From Cyanidioschyzon merolae (lineage: Eukaryota): DNA of 64,000 nucleotides. The notes beneath the pieces were generated by a model, which saw only the letters and a program-made list of their open reading frames with translations, did not search any database and had not been told where the DNA came from. Positions 21,119 to 32,235 of the stretch are shown here, piece after piece. The DNA is taken from assembly GCA_000091205.1 (NCBI GenBank), contig AP006489.2; one strand, 5' to 3'. A program made the translations under genes and the position numbers. Every line of letters starts with the position of its first letter. Positions within the stretch are counted from its first letter, which is position 1.

Positions 21119-22339
21119 TTGCTGGCTTCGACCTGGTTCTCGATGACAGAGAAACCAACAGGAACACCCTCTAGTGATGGATCTGTGGTGACACCCTGGC
21201 AAGTCACCGGTGCAGTCGACTACGACAGGCTCATCGCCACGTTCGGCACAACACCACTGACCAGCACACTCGTGGAGCGCGTGGAGCGACTCACTGGCAA
21301 GAAAGCCCACCACTTCCTCCGCAGAGGGATCTTCTTCTCCCATCGAGACCTGGATCAGCTTTTAGACGCATACGAAAACGGTCAGCGTTTCTACCTCTAC
21401 ACCGGTCGCGGTCCCTCGTCGGAGGCGCTCCACCTTGGACATTTGATCCCCTTCATCTTCACTAAGTATCTACAGGACGCGTTTCGAGTCCCGCTGGTCA
21501 TCCAGCTCACTGACGACGAAAAGTTCCTTTTTTCCAAACATGACGTAAGCTCACACCCGCTTGAAAGCTATATCCAACTCGGCCGTGAGAACTCCAAGGA
21601 TATCATAGCATGTGGTTTCGATCGCGAACGAACGTTTCTTTTCGCTGATTCCGACTATATCGGCTGGCTATACCCGAATGTAGTTCGTATTCAACGAGCA
21701 GTAAGCTTCAGCCAGGTGCGTGGCATTTTCGGTTTTCAACACTCGGATAACATTGGCAAAATCGCGTTTCCAGCAGTGCAGGCTGCCCCAGCGTTTAGCT
21801 CGTCGTTTCCGCACCTATTTCCCACGAAGCAGCAGATCCCATGCCTGATTCCATGCGCGGTAGACCAGGATCCTTACTTCCGGATGACGCGTGATGTGGC
21901 TCCACGACTTGGTTATCGGAAACCTGCGTTGATTCACAGCAAGTTCTTCCCGCCGCTCCAAGGGGCCGAAGGCAAAATGAGCGCCAGCGATCCGAATTCG
22001 GCGATCTTTCTCAGCGACTCTGCCGCCCAGATAAGAAAGAAAGTGAATAAATACGCATTCAGTGGCGGGCGCGACACCGTCGAGGAGCATCGGCTCTACG
22101 GAGGGGATTGTGCGCGTGACATTGCATTCCAGTATCTGTGTTTCTTCCTGGAGGATGATGACCGACTTGAAGATATTCGCGAGGCCTACTCTACCGGACG
22201 CATGCTTAGTGGAGAGATCAAAGCGGAGCTCGTGCGTTGTCTACAACCCATGCTTGCAGACTTGCAGGCAAGGCGGCAAGCGGTATCCAATGCGGATGTG
22301 GAAGAGTTTATGCGTATTCGACCGTTGATCGTTGAATAG
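21119..22339 (+). CDS. tryptophanyl-tRNA synthetase, cytoplasmic (eukaryotic) type
   Basis: '[44 protein letters not shown]' (HIGH motif as HLGH), '[15 protein letters not shown]', '[15 protein letters not shown]' (KMSKS-class motif). The true start may be MTEKPT (21143). Confidence 0.9.
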   Translation: MLASTWFSMTEKPTGTPSSDGSVVTPWQVTGAVDYDRLIATFGTTPLTSTLVERVERLTGKKAHHFLRRGIFFSHRDLDQLLDAYENGQRFYLYTGRGPSSEALHLGHLIPFIFTKYLQDAFRVPLVIQLTDDEKFLFSKHDVSSHPLESYIQLGRENSKDIIACGFDRERTFLFADSDYIGWLYPNVVRIQRAVSFSQVRGIFGFQHSDNIGKIAFPAVQAAPAFSSSFPHLFPTKQQIPCLIPCAVDQDPYFRMTRDVAPRLGYRKPALIHSKFFPPLQGAEGKMSASDPNSAIFLSDSAAQIRKKVNKYAFSGGRDTVEEHRLYGGDCARDIAFQYLCFFLEDDDRLEDIREAYSTGRMLSGEIKAELVRCLQPMLADLQARRQAVSNADVEEFMRIRPLIVE

Positions 22340-23413
22340 TGCGAGGCAGTGCATCGGTTGTTGCTCACAAGCGTTTCCAATGGATTGCGTTCGTGGCCTA
22401 ATTCAGACAGCCAAGAATATCTCCTGTCTATGGTATTGCATGGGCGCTTGCTCACAGGGGTCTCCAGAGCATCAAAGATTCGTTTCTCATGCGCACAACG
22501 CGCTATCCGAGTTGCCTATGCGGAAATGCACCCCAAACTTCGCTGGAGATCAGCACTAGACATCATCTACCCGTCCAGAAAACGAGCGATGCTTCCCTCC
22601 AGCAGGGAGACCACGGAAGCGCGCCAGCATCATGCCATGGAACGCGTCAAGCACAAGGATTCGACATGCCAGCATGAGTGCTGCCTGTAGAGAGATACTC
22701 TAGAGCGCGCACCCGAAACTTGTGCAGCTGCTTAGCAGTGGACATGTAGGGCACGTGTGCTTGTGTTATTGTTGACGGCGCTTGCTTCTGGTGTCTGCGC
22801 TCGTCCCAGCGGTTGCCGTGAACGCGTTTACCTTCTATATAGTGCGGACGCACAGCATACCGTTTCTGAGCAGGACTCCACTCGCCCATGAACACCGCAC
22901 CGTCGACCAGGAGCGTCGTACGGATGCTTCCGTTGCCAGGGTGACGCGATCGCTACGAGGCTTCGATGCATCGCAGCCGTGCCGAGTCGTTTCCAGCACA
23001 CTTTACCGTTACTTGGAGATAAGGCGAATCGAAACGAGGCCCTGTTGCAGCGTTTCCCAGCGCTGACCTGCTCGAGCGCCGCCCAGCACAGTGCCTCTCT
23101 GGGACGACCGTCATCTACGCTACCGCTCGGGTACCTAGCACGGAAGCGTGCGCAACCCTTCGGCTTGCCCCCAATATACTAGAAATAGAAACCGCTATAC
23201 AACGCCTGCCCTGAAACAGCGGTCAAAAACACCGTACAACATTGTAGGCAGGGCCTCGAACCGGATCTCCCAGTGAGCGACTTGCCTGGAGCGTCTCGAG
23301 CACTGCGTCCTGAACCCAACACGCTTCGGTTGCGCATGAAAGCAGAAATCCCCGCAGCGAGTCTGCTTGTTGACCGATTCTCATATATGCGCTCCAAGTA
23401 CCGTCAGTATCCA

Positions 23414-26400
23414 TCAGTGGCGGCACTGCGACTGAGCGAAGAAGCGTCGCAACCATTGTTCATTGGGAACCACGACGCAGCAGCGAAGGTAGAGCTTTTG
23501 GGTTTCCACGAGCTCGGCAAAGGCCAACAGGGGCGGCGTCACATTCCTCAGGCAACTCGATGGATGTATCGAGGCAAGCGAGGCATCGGGTGCTGGGTTC
23601 TTCGACATCCGGCGCCCGACTCCGCGCCAAGGTCGCGCGAACGGAGAAAGCACCAGGTAGAAGGGCTGGCCACGAAACCACGTCAAACGTGCTATGTTCG
23701 TATAAAATCCACTCAAGAAGGCTAGAGTGATACGCTGCTCTAGAGGCAGTGTAATCGGGCTGGACGCACCTGCTTCAAAACCGCACTCGGACAGCCGAGG
23801 TGTTTGCTGCAGTTGCGATTTTCGTAGCGCCTCCAGGTGCAGCATGCGTTCCAGTTGGTGTCGAATGCTACGCGCTCGCCGAAGCGCCCGACACTGGACG
23901 AAATGCTGCTCGCACCATTCGGTGCTACAGGATGCAGCTGTCCACGCACTATACACCTGCAGCAAACGATGAATATCGCCAGCGGCTGCAAAGAGCTGCT
24001 CCTGTGCGCGGGAGGCAGCGAGTCGCTCCACGGGATCGCGAGGTCGAAGCCACACATCACCCCCGGTGCTGCTCTCGCCGGCTCCCACGGAAAGCATCGA
24101 TACGATCGTTAATGCCTCGTCTAGGCACCGGAGGTCGACCGCTGCGAGTAGAAAGCGACCAAGACGCGGATCCAGAGGCAGCTGTGCGAGACGTGCGCCC
24201 ACTGGAGTCAGCTGACCCGTTGCATCCTCTAGTGCAGCCAGCATCCAAAGATGCTGCATCGCAAGCACGAGCCGCGCTGCAGGAGGCGGATCCAAGAACT
24301 CCACCACTGGACGCCCGTTTCGGCGTTCGAGCAGCTCAGTAGCGCGCTCGATCACACCCAGCTGCAGCAAGTTCAGGATCAACTGCGACAAGTCCGTTCG
24401 GGAAATCTCCGGAATCGGTTGCGGCAAGAGCTCCTGCTCCCAAGAACCTCGTGAATAGAGGCGGAAACAGTGCCCAGGAGCAGTGCGGCCCGCTCGACCT
24501 GCGCGCTGTCTAGCCGATGCCTGTGAGATTGGACTCAGAATCAGCCGTTCTACACCCGCTAGTCCGTTCGGGAGGAAAACTTTCTGTTTCGCTAGACCCG
24601 AATCGATCACATAACGAACACCATCGATTGTTAGCGAGGTCTCCGCAACATTCGTCGCAAAGATGCATTTGCGGGTGCCGGGCGCTGAACGCGCAAGCGC
24701 TTGCTGTTGCTGTGCGAGCGACATGTTCGCGTACAACGGGAGCACCACGAGACGACGCTTCGGAGAGGTGCTCACATCGAGCGCACGCTCAGCGGCTTCC
24801 GCACGTTCCCGAGTGATCCCAACAGCTGCCTCGACATCGTCCTGTCCGGGAAGAAAGGCCAGAATATCCCCATCGGCTTCCCGGAAGTGAATATCTAGGG
24901 CTAGCGTCACAGCAGCAGCGAGATAATCGGTGGCAAAGCGTCCACCGCCGCTGGTCCGCTGTTTCGGCATTCGCCAGCGAGGGAGTGGTACCCAATGTAT
25001 CTCTACGGGATACGCTTTGCCGGGAATCTCCAAAACTGGAGCATTGGCGAAAAAAGAGGTGAAATGGCCGGCATCAAGTGTGGCACTTGCAATCAACAGA
25101 CGCTGCTGGACCGTCTCGTGGGCGGCCTTCGCGTTGGAGTCATACAGACGGCGCTTCAGGACTGTGAGCAGCAGGTCGGTATGGAGGGAGCGCTCGTGCG
25201 CCTCGTCAACGATGAGAACGTTGTATGCAGACAGCGTTGGATCCATAGCCGCTTCCCGCAGCAGCACCCCATCCGTCATGTATTTGATTTCCGTTTCTGG
25301 GCCAGTGCGGTCATCGAAGCGGATGGTGTACCCGACTAGACCGCCCAGGGATGTTTGCATCTCTGCGGCAACGCGACTTGCAAGCCGAGTTGCCGCAAGG
25401 CGACGCGGCTGTGTGCATCCTATCCACCTGCCAACAACACGTCCACCGGGTTCTTCGAGCTGGGTGCTCGCTTCACCGCCATCAAAGCGATGACGATGAC
25501 GACGACGAGTCCAACCTGCCTTCCAGAGAAACTGCGGGATTTGTGTGGACTTGCCTGATCCAGTTTCACCTACAACAAGCACAACAGGGAAGCGCTCAAC
25601 GAGGTCAAGAAGCACTGCTTCGCACTGGGCGATAGGCAGTGCGGTACTGCCTGCCCCGGGAACCCAAGCAGTGCCTCCATGAGTCTCGTGCACGATGCCA
25701 CGTGAAACTGCATTTCTAGTCATGGTGCTTTCTGGATCCTGATCAAGAAGACCGTAAACCTCAGCACGCGTCATTTCAGATACTCTGTTTTCGCATGTAG
25801 CCGCTGATGCTGCTGCAGGCTCTGAGCTTCGGTTGCGTTCCGCTTCTGCGCACATGGAGGCGTTTGGAGGACACGGCACGATGCTATTACCTGCGCATGG
25901 TAGACGGCATGCGTTCGGCACCGAGGGTATTTGGATTTGCCCCAAAGCGCGTGGCTCGTAGACATCGCCTGCGTTGTCTGTGCTCTTGTCCATGCGATGA
26001 CTCGAGATGTGCAGTCTGTCGCCAGGTTCACTGTCGGCAATAGAAGGCACTGAAGTGCAGCGAATAGGCACGATATTCGGGGGAAAGGCTATCCGATCAT
26101 GACTCGAATCCCTTGACCGGGACGCGATTCTTTTTGTTGCGTCTACGTTCTCTAATCCAATACCTGTTGCCACTTTTCCGAGTATTCTTTGCGCCGCCGC
26201 ATCTGCTACTGCTGGTGCTGGATTAGTAGCCGGTGATTGCCGTTTCTTCCCACTTTGCAACGTTGTTTTGTCATCTGGAGAGGCCGTCTCGTCACCACCG
26301 ACGGATTTCTGTCCACTACAAGCCGCGGAACGTGTTGATGCAGTGTTCTCGTCAGGTGCAGCAGTACTCGTAAGCGCACAAGTCCTTGTTGTTGAACGAA

Positions 26401-27361
26401 TTCCTGCACCGAAGCCAGCACTACCGTGCTCCACATACCGTTCGATGCCCTCAGTAAGCGACAAAGAGTCCGAGGAAACCAAGTCTTTGCCGTGCTGAAG
26501 CCACCACAGCAGCAAGCCGCTGCCGTTTCTTGATGCACGGCAAAGTTCACCAGGTGTGCGCCACAGCTTTGGAACAGCCGCTTCCCAGAGACGAGGTCGA
26601 GACGACGAATCGCCAGAAAACTTGGTCACAAGGTGCTCTAAAGAGCGGCTCGTGGATTCACGTAACCCCAGCGTGTCCAAAAAAGGAGCCCAGCGGAAAG
26701 CAGCAGACACAGACCAGCGCCCAGTGGTATCCTGTGCGGCTTCATAGAGCTCGACACATGAACGCTCTGCTTCATCAGGGATCTCTCTATGGCAACCGCT
26801 GATCGACGATACTGTTTGCGGGTATCCAGCAGCCGCAGCTGCAGCTGCCAGTGTAGATGCCGCGCTGGCATCCAGTTGGTTCAGCGCGCCAAGCGTAAAT
26901 CCAGTCCAGTCGACGCCACTGCAACTGCATGGACCTGCTTTCACGCTTTTCGGTTGACTCGGAACTATTTGCCATCGAGATTTGCGTTGACGCTTTCCAG
27001 TTTGTCCGGTGTCCGCGCCCAATGCGTCAGCTTTCGCCTCGGTGCACTGGACACGCACTTCTCCCGCCTCTCGTTGTGCAGCAACCCAGAGTCGCCAGCC
27101 GAGTGCTTCATCGAGCGTACCCGCAAGTTTGTCTCCAAACGTTCCCGAAATACGCTCCAGAAACACATTCACGCTGCCGCTTTCCAGTGCCGCCTCACGA
27201 AGTACATCGATGAGGTGCGGGTTACCGAGTCCCAGCAGGCAACGTGCCGTGCAGTTAAAGTCAACGCACGGCGACTCCGCTACCCCTACCATACCAAGTG
27301 CCGGAGTACAACCAGCCTCCGTCTCTGAAACGACGACGCCAAAAGCCCACACCAGCTTCAA
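23414..27361 (-). CDS. DEAH-box ATP-dependent RNA helicase (DHX family) with a long low-complexity N-terminal region
   Basis: 'VLVVGETGSGKSTQIPQFL' (motif I), 'LIVDEAHERSLHTDLLL' (DEAH), 'ASATLD', 'FLPGQDDVE', 'IFATNVAETSLTIDGVRYVIDSG', 'QRAGRAGRTAPGHCFRLYS' (motif VI). HA2/OB-like C-terminal region. About 500 aa of Ser/Ala/Pro-rich N-terminus; the start codon is uncertain. Confidence 0.85.
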   Translation of the reverse strand: MKLVWAFGVVVSETEAGCTPALGMVGVAESPCVDFNCTARCLLGLGNPHLIDVLREAALESGSVNVFLERISGTFGDKLAGTLDEALGWRLWVAAQREAGEVRVQCTEAKADALGADTGQTGKRQRKSRWQIVPSQPKSVKAGPCSCSGVDWTGFTLGALNQLDASAASTLAAAAAAAGYPQTVSSISGCHREIPDEAERSCVELYEAAQDTTGRWSVSAAFRWAPFLDTLGLRESTSRSLEHLVTKFSGDSSSRPRLWEAAVPKLWRTPGELCRASRNGSGLLLWWLQHGKDLVSSDSLSLTEGIERYVEHGSAGFGAGIRSTTRTCALTSTAAPDENTASTRSAACSGQKSVGGDETASPDDKTTLQSGKKRQSPATNPAPAVADAAAQRILGKVATGIGLENVDATKRIASRSRDSSHDRIAFPPNIVPIRCTSVPSIADSEPGDRLHISSHRMDKSTDNAGDVYEPRALGQIQIPSVPNACRLPCAGNSIVPCPPNASMCAEAERNRSSEPAAASAATCENRVSEMTRAEVYGLLDQDPESTMTRNAVSRGIVHETHGGTAWVPGAGSTALPIAQCEAVLLDLVERFPVVLVVGETGSGKSTQIPQFLWKAGWTRRRHRHRFDGGEASTQLEEPGGRVVGRWIGCTQPRRLAATRLASRVAAEMQTSLGGLVGYTIRFDDRTGPETEIKYMTDGVLLREAAMDPTLSAYNVLIVDEAHERSLHTDLLLTVLKRRLYDSNAKAAHETVQQRLLIASATLDAGHFTSFFANAPVLEIPGKAYPVEIHWVPLPRWRMPKQRTSGGGRFATDYLAAAVTLALDIHFREADGDILAFLPGQDDVEAAVGITRERAEAAERALDVSTSPKRRLVVLPLYANMSLAQQQQALARSAPGTRKCIFATNVAETSLTIDGVRYVIDSGLAKQKVFLPNGLAGVERLILSPISQASARQRAGRAGRTAPGHCFRLYSRGSWEQELLPQPIPEISRTDLSQLILNLLQLGVIERATELLERRNGRPVVEFLDPPPAARLVLAMQHLWMLAALEDATGQLTPVGARLAQLPLDPRLGRFLLAAVDLRCLDEALTIVSMLSVGAGESSTGGDVWLRPRDPVERLAASRAQEQLFAAAGDIHRLLQVYSAWTAASCSTEWCEQHFVQCRALRRARSIRHQLERMLHLEALRKSQLQQTPRLSECGFEAGASSPITLPLEQRITLAFLSGFYTNIARLTWFRGQPFYLVLSPFARPWRGVGRRMSKNPAPDASLASIHPSSCLRNVTPPLLAFAELVETQKLYLRCCVVVPNEQWLRRFFAQSQCRH

Positions 27362-27711
27362 TTTGCTGGATCAGCGAACAACGAAACCTCTGTCATCCAA
27401 GTGCTTGGACGTCGAGGAAGCGAAACGGGTTGCTCGCACACCCTGGCTCGAAGGAACCTAGAGTATACACTTGAACGGACGCTTCGCGGCGAAGCTGATG
27501 CATTCACAGCGAGGCTTGTTGTGTACTGACGGCTGGGCAGCGACTGGTTCACGATTGTTCTTTCAGCGGCAAGAAGACCCAGCTTGTGGCTTGTCGGTTA
27601 CAAAAGAGAGCACATGTGTCCATAGACGCCTTGCATACGTGAGAATCACTTTTCTTTATAGGGCTTCGAGGCGAGCAGGGTAGCGATCGCGGGTACACAG
27701 CAACGGGCGCC

Positions 27712-30249
27712 ATGGCTAGCACGGGGGAGTCGGCGGCAGCCCTGGAGACACCGCTTGCTGCTGAGGCCTTCCGTGAAATGCTCAAGGACTTGGATACGAA
27801 TGCTGCTCCTATGATTAATGCTTTGGCTTGGATAGCACTCGAGAACGAAGACGGAGCTCGGGAGATTGCAGCGCTGCTGCTAGAGCGCCTAGAGCGAGGC
27901 GCGTCCGCGCTACAGTCGGACAAACGAGCAAACTCGCGAACATCATCCCTAGACAAGGTATCGGGGGCAAAGGATAGCGCGGTAGCAGTCTCAGAAGACG
28001 CCCTACTCGCAACGCTCTACCTGATCGACTCGATCATCAAAAGAGTCGGTCCTTTCCTAGACGCTGCGCAGCGGTATCGGAGCTATCTCCAGGAGCAAGG
28101 TCTGGCGGCGCTGTTGCGACAGCTAAGGAAAACCCATACCGCACTTGCCCCGAGAATTGACAAGCTTGTAAACCTGTGGCAAGATGCTCGATACTTTGGA
28201 CGAGCGTTCACAGAGCAGGTATTCGAACGCGAACGAGATGCCCCGTCGGTGCCGGCATCCTCAGCACCGTCCACAGAGCCTGGTGCTCCGGAGCGAGCAT
28301 CGTTGCAGTCGACCGGCACAACCACGGCCAGTGCTTGGTCTAGCGTACAGCTGGCGCCGTCGTCGAGTTCCATGGTGGACGCAGGCCGTTTGCCAGATGC
28401 CAGTGGACCGAACGCTGACATCCAAGTCGCCTCGGAGCGTTTGATTCAATTCGTCCAGCAAGGAATCCTACCACCAGCAGAGGATGTAACTCTCTTTGAT
28501 CGTCTCGTACAGGCGCAGCTGAGCGTGCTGGGTCCCCGCGACTGGTCTTTGCGGCAGTATCTGGAGCAGTTGCGGATGCAGATGCAGGTTGCCATCCGCT
28601 CTCTCGCTGAGGCTAAAAGAGCTTCCTGGATGGGTGCAGGCCGGGCGCCCGGCATGACCCCCGATATGCCTGGTGCGCTCATCGGCGGCGTACAGCAAAC
28701 GGTACCGCCTTCTGCGGCGGTGCCTTCGACGTTGCCGTACGGGGCTGTTCCGCCGGCTTCGTTGCAGCGACCTCTTCCAGGCTCGAACTGGAACCCCATG
28801 GAGCACTCCGCTGCACCAGGCTATTCCCTGAACTGGTCAGTGCCGGGCACAGCGGCAGCGGTCTCTTTCTGGGGCGGCGGAACACATACCGCCTCAACGC
28901 ACAGCCACACGAGTGCGGTAGGCGCACCGCCGAGTACTGACGAGGCTGAAAGTGTCTCTTCGGGAAGCGAGCGTCCACGACGGAAACGGCGTGAGCGCTG
29001 TGTTAGCTTTTGTGACATCAAACGAATTTCACCATCGCACGCTGTTGAACAGCTCTACAACAGGCTCCCATTAAAAGCGGATGGTACGGGTATTCGGTTT
29101 CGGACGCGGACACAGCTCCGGGATCATTTGGACTGGGTGTTCGCGGAGAATCAGCGGACACGCCTCCGTCAACGCGGTGGTATGTCGCGAAACTGGTTCA
29201 TGAATGCGACTGAGTGGATGCAACATGCAGGTGGATATCCTGGTACCGGTTTCGAGTCGCCGCCAGCTGATGCAGTAAGTGGCGGTCTGGCTCCCTCTCG
29301 CGACGCGTTCGTGGAAGCGGGGCTCGTGTTTGCAGCACCAGCCTCCTCGGATACGGAAACGAACTTGCGAGGCACCGGTCATGATAACGTGGCAAGCATG
29401 GCGACGGAGGTGAGCAGTGACCGAGCGCGACGCCTTGCCGACGGCTCTGCTGCGCCTGCTTCAACATCGGAGGCGATTCCGGCCATTATTGAGGACGCGG
29501 TTTGTCCGGTATGTCATGAAGAACTTGAGACTTTCTATGATGCCGAGAGAGATCAGTGGCTTTGGCGTGATGCGGTCATGGATACGGAAACCGGCTTTGC
29601 GTTCCATCGTCAGTGCTATGGCGAAGGGGTTAATTTGCTATTAGATGAACGTGCGGAGCATACCGCAGCAGCAACAGAAGAAGAAGAAGAAGAAGAAGAA
29701 AGCCCAACAGCGTCCGAGTCGGCGTACCCAGCGAAGCGTCAGCGTTCCAAGTCCGGGGACGAGCCCGGGAAATCCGAGTTGTTCGCTGCGGCCACCGTTC
29801 CGCAAGCTGCTGTGGAGTATGAAAAACTGCATCAGTCGCATCATCAGCTCGCTGAGGAAAGCAGGTCGGTTTCACAAGGCGACACAGCCGCTCGTGATCG
29901 TAATGCATTGCTTCAGAATGCTGCAAACACGTCAACTGATGCCCGCAAGCTGAATGAGCAGCTGCTACCGCACACGCTTGAGTCGTCAAGAACAGAGCGG
30001 CAACCTCACGTTGTTGGGGATGGATCTCAGGCGACAGAGCGATTCACAGAGCCTTCGTGCTCAGCGGAAGCAAGTTCCTCGCAAGCGTTGCGGCACTCGG
30101 ATGCAGAGGAGCTAGAGGCGCTTACCGTTCGAGAGCTGCGAGCACGCCTCGATCGTGCGGGTGTTCCTCATCGACATCTGAAACGAAAGGCAGACTTAGT
30201 AGCAGCGCTCGCGGCGGATGCAACGAGCGTCGCCCAGGAGCATCCGTAA
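27712..30249 (+). CDS. Pcf11-like CID-domain protein (pre-mRNA 3'-end processing) with an unusual C-terminal SAP domain and a poly-Glu tract
   Basis: N-terminal CID-like helices 'PMINALAWIALENEDGAREIAA...ATLYLIDSIIKRVGPFLDAAQRY'. Pcf11-type zinc-finger block '..RTQLRDHLDWVFAENQRTR' (compare Pcf11 'HLDWHFR.N'). 'CPVCHEEL...FHRQCY'. C-terminal 'LEALTVRELRARLDRAGVPHRHLKRKADLVAALAA' is a canonical SAP motif. (GAA)8 at 29677..29700 encodes EEEEEEEE. Confidence 0.6.
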   Translation: MASTGESAAALETPLAAEAFREMLKDLDTNAAPMINALAWIALENEDGAREIAALLLERLERGASALQSDKRANSRTSSLDKVSGAKDSAVAVSEDALLATLYLIDSIIKRVGPFLDAAQRYRSYLQEQGLAALLRQLRKTHTALAPRIDKLVNLWQDARYFGRAFTEQVFERERDAPSVPASSAPSTEPGAPERASLQSTGTTTASAWSSVQLAPSSSSMVDAGRLPDASGPNADIQVASERLIQFVQQGILPPAEDVTLFDRLVQAQLSVLGPRDWSLRQYLEQLRMQMQVAIRSLAEAKRASWMGAGRAPGMTPDMPGALIGGVQQTVPPSAAVPSTLPYGAVPPASLQRPLPGSNWNPMEHSAAPGYSLNWSVPGTAAAVSFWGGGTHTASTHSHTSAVGAPPSTDEAESVSSGSERPRRKRRERCVSFCDIKRISPSHAVEQLYNRLPLKADGTGIRFRTRTQLRDHLDWVFAENQRTRLRQRGGMSRNWFMNATEWMQHAGGYPGTGFESPPADAVSGGLAPSRDAFVEAGLVFAAPASSDTETNLRGTGHDNVASMATEVSSDRARRLADGSAAPASTSEAIPAIIEDAVCPVCHEELETFYDAERDQWLWRDAVMDTETGFAFHRQCYGEGVNLLLDERAEHTAAATEEEEEEEESPTASESAYPAKRQRSKSGDEPGKSELFAAATVPQAAVEYEKLHQSHHQLAEESRSVSQGDTAARDRNALLQNAANTSTDARKLNEQLLPHTLESSRTERQPHVVGDGSQATERFTEPSCSAEASSSQALRHSDAEELEALTVRELRARLDRAGVPHRHLKRKADLVAALAADATSVAQEHP
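29677..29700. repeat. (GAA)8 microsatellite inside a CDS (poly-Glu)
   Basis: gaagaagaagaagaagaagaagaa, read directly. Confidence 0.9.
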
Positions 30250-30415
30250 AAGGTTGAAAAAACCAAAGTCGCGGGACTCCGAGGCAGCGTCTCTTATGAT
30301 GGCACGAGAGTTTCGGTGTTTATCGGACGCGCTTCCGGGACGGATGCTGATAGTGGCTGCCAGTCTGACGCTCCACTGAACAGGAGCGCGATTCACTGCA
30401 AGATTTCCGGGCCTC

Positions 30416-30434
30416 GTGTGTGTGTGTGTGTGTG
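30416..30434. repeat. (GT)9 microsatellite
   Basis: gtgtgtgtgtgtgtgtgtg in the gap downstream of the Pcf11-like gene. Confidence 0.9.
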
Positions 30435-32235
30435 CGTTGCGCTCTGTGAAGGCCTGTGGATCGAGGAGCTTGCACGCGCACCGTACGGAAGGAGCGTTCT
30501 CCTTCGACCTTGGCGGAACGGGTACGGCGCTCTAGATCACAGAATTGAAAGTAGAGCGTTTGCCTGCATGTGCTGCAACGTTGCCGAAACGCTCTAGTGC
30601 TGCACGATGAGCTTCCAAAGTGACGTCATTTTTCACGACGCAGAATGCCAGGTTACGCATCTTGGTTCCGGGAATGCGGCGGCTTCTCTCAAGTCAGATG
30701 AAACTTCCCACAGGGTACTGCTCGCTTTGTTCCTGACCTGCAATTTTTTACTGAACATGTTTGAGAGATACAACTTTGGAATTCCATGGACAGGAGTACA
30801 GACTTGCGGATACATATGTGATTTTAGGGCTCTGATTTGTCGCTTCGTATGGGATCGTTCGAAGCGTTGCTGCGGGGTTTCGTTCCGCCGCTGTCATCGA
30901 GTTGATTCGCGACGCCCCCGAACACGGGTTCGTAAGCTACCGGGTAGCATCATTCAGCTCATACGTACAGGCCCTCACTCTTCTTCTTCTCATTTCGTTT
31001 AGAATCACCAAGAGACGAATTCTACAAGTTTTCGATCTATCAGTTTTCCCCTTTGCAGTGAGCCGGTGTCCGAGCAAACGTGGCGCTAATGCATCCGATG
31101 GATACCATGAGCAGACATGAGGGAGAAGAAGCGAAGCTGGCCGGCGATGTGGAGTTCATGAAGCGAATTCTATGTCTTTCGTACGGAGCGTCGGCGGCAT
31201 TCACGAACCATTGGAGGAACGAACAGGAAACGTGTTGCGGGACGCAATGCTGTCCGTAATGAAACAAGTACCAAGAAGAAATCCTGGGCTGGCGAGGAAC
31301 TCGAGCGATTCCGATCCGTCCACGCTCGAATCGTAACAAGCGATGATGCATACTCCAGCGGAATCGATCGCTGCGATGACTAAAGTCCGAGTCCAGAATC
31401 CTTGTTCATGTGATCACAAATGGCAGTTTGCCGCTGATAGCATATCCAGCGCGGGGTATCGTGTTGCGGTGACATCTCGGTTAGTAGCTGGCCCCAAAGA
31501 AATCATGATTTTGCCTTTGACCGGAATCGATGATTTGACGTGGAAACTTCACTGAATGCTTGGCAAGAGCTAGTGAATGAGTCGCCAAGCAACGACGTTG
31601 CGTTTGTCCGTCATCGATCCAAGAGCGCGCATCGCAGCTCCAAAGGTTGCATTGGAATAAAATTATGGAATAATTGAAGCATGCATGATTTGATCATGAG
31701 ACAAGTTAGGAGCTGGGAAGCGTGGAAGCCTTTGCATACAATTTGGATCATGAGATTGATGGTCTACGAACCGTGGTGCGATGTCATCGCAAGCCATCTA
31801 CATCGCGTTGCCGTGTCGAATACCGCCTGAAAAGCGGTGAAGGAGCCATCCCGAACAGACAACCGAGAACTCTAAAACGGCATGTAAATCCACAAGTTCC
31901 TACGGATGCATATCGAGTATCGAGGTTTTCTATCTCAAATAGAACAGTAAGCAGTCGAAAAGAATAACAAATCGAGCAGTTCCGTGGACCAGGTGAATCT
32001 CCGACACGAGCGTACATAGCGCACATGCGCGGAAACCATATACGGTCTCTTTCTACCCATTTATTGATATTCCTTCACTGAAGCAATCGTAGAGACAGAG
32101 CAAGCGCGCCACGGCATGGTCTACTGCTCCAGTGCGCGCCCTGTAAACGAATACTTTTCTCTAAAGCAGTTTCGCACTGACGAGGCAGGTAGCGTCCATC
32201 GAGCGACAGCGCTGTAAACGCCTGCGAACTCGAAC

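Noticed and set aside
30250-32235. The 2-kb gap between the Pcf11-like gene and THOC2 examined for a gene or RNA
   Set aside because: Only ORFs of 131 aa or less without motifs. (GT)9 microsatellite present. No tRNA-like T-loop or rRNA similarity seen by eye. It may be promoter or UTR space or may hold an undetectable ncRNA; nothing supportable.
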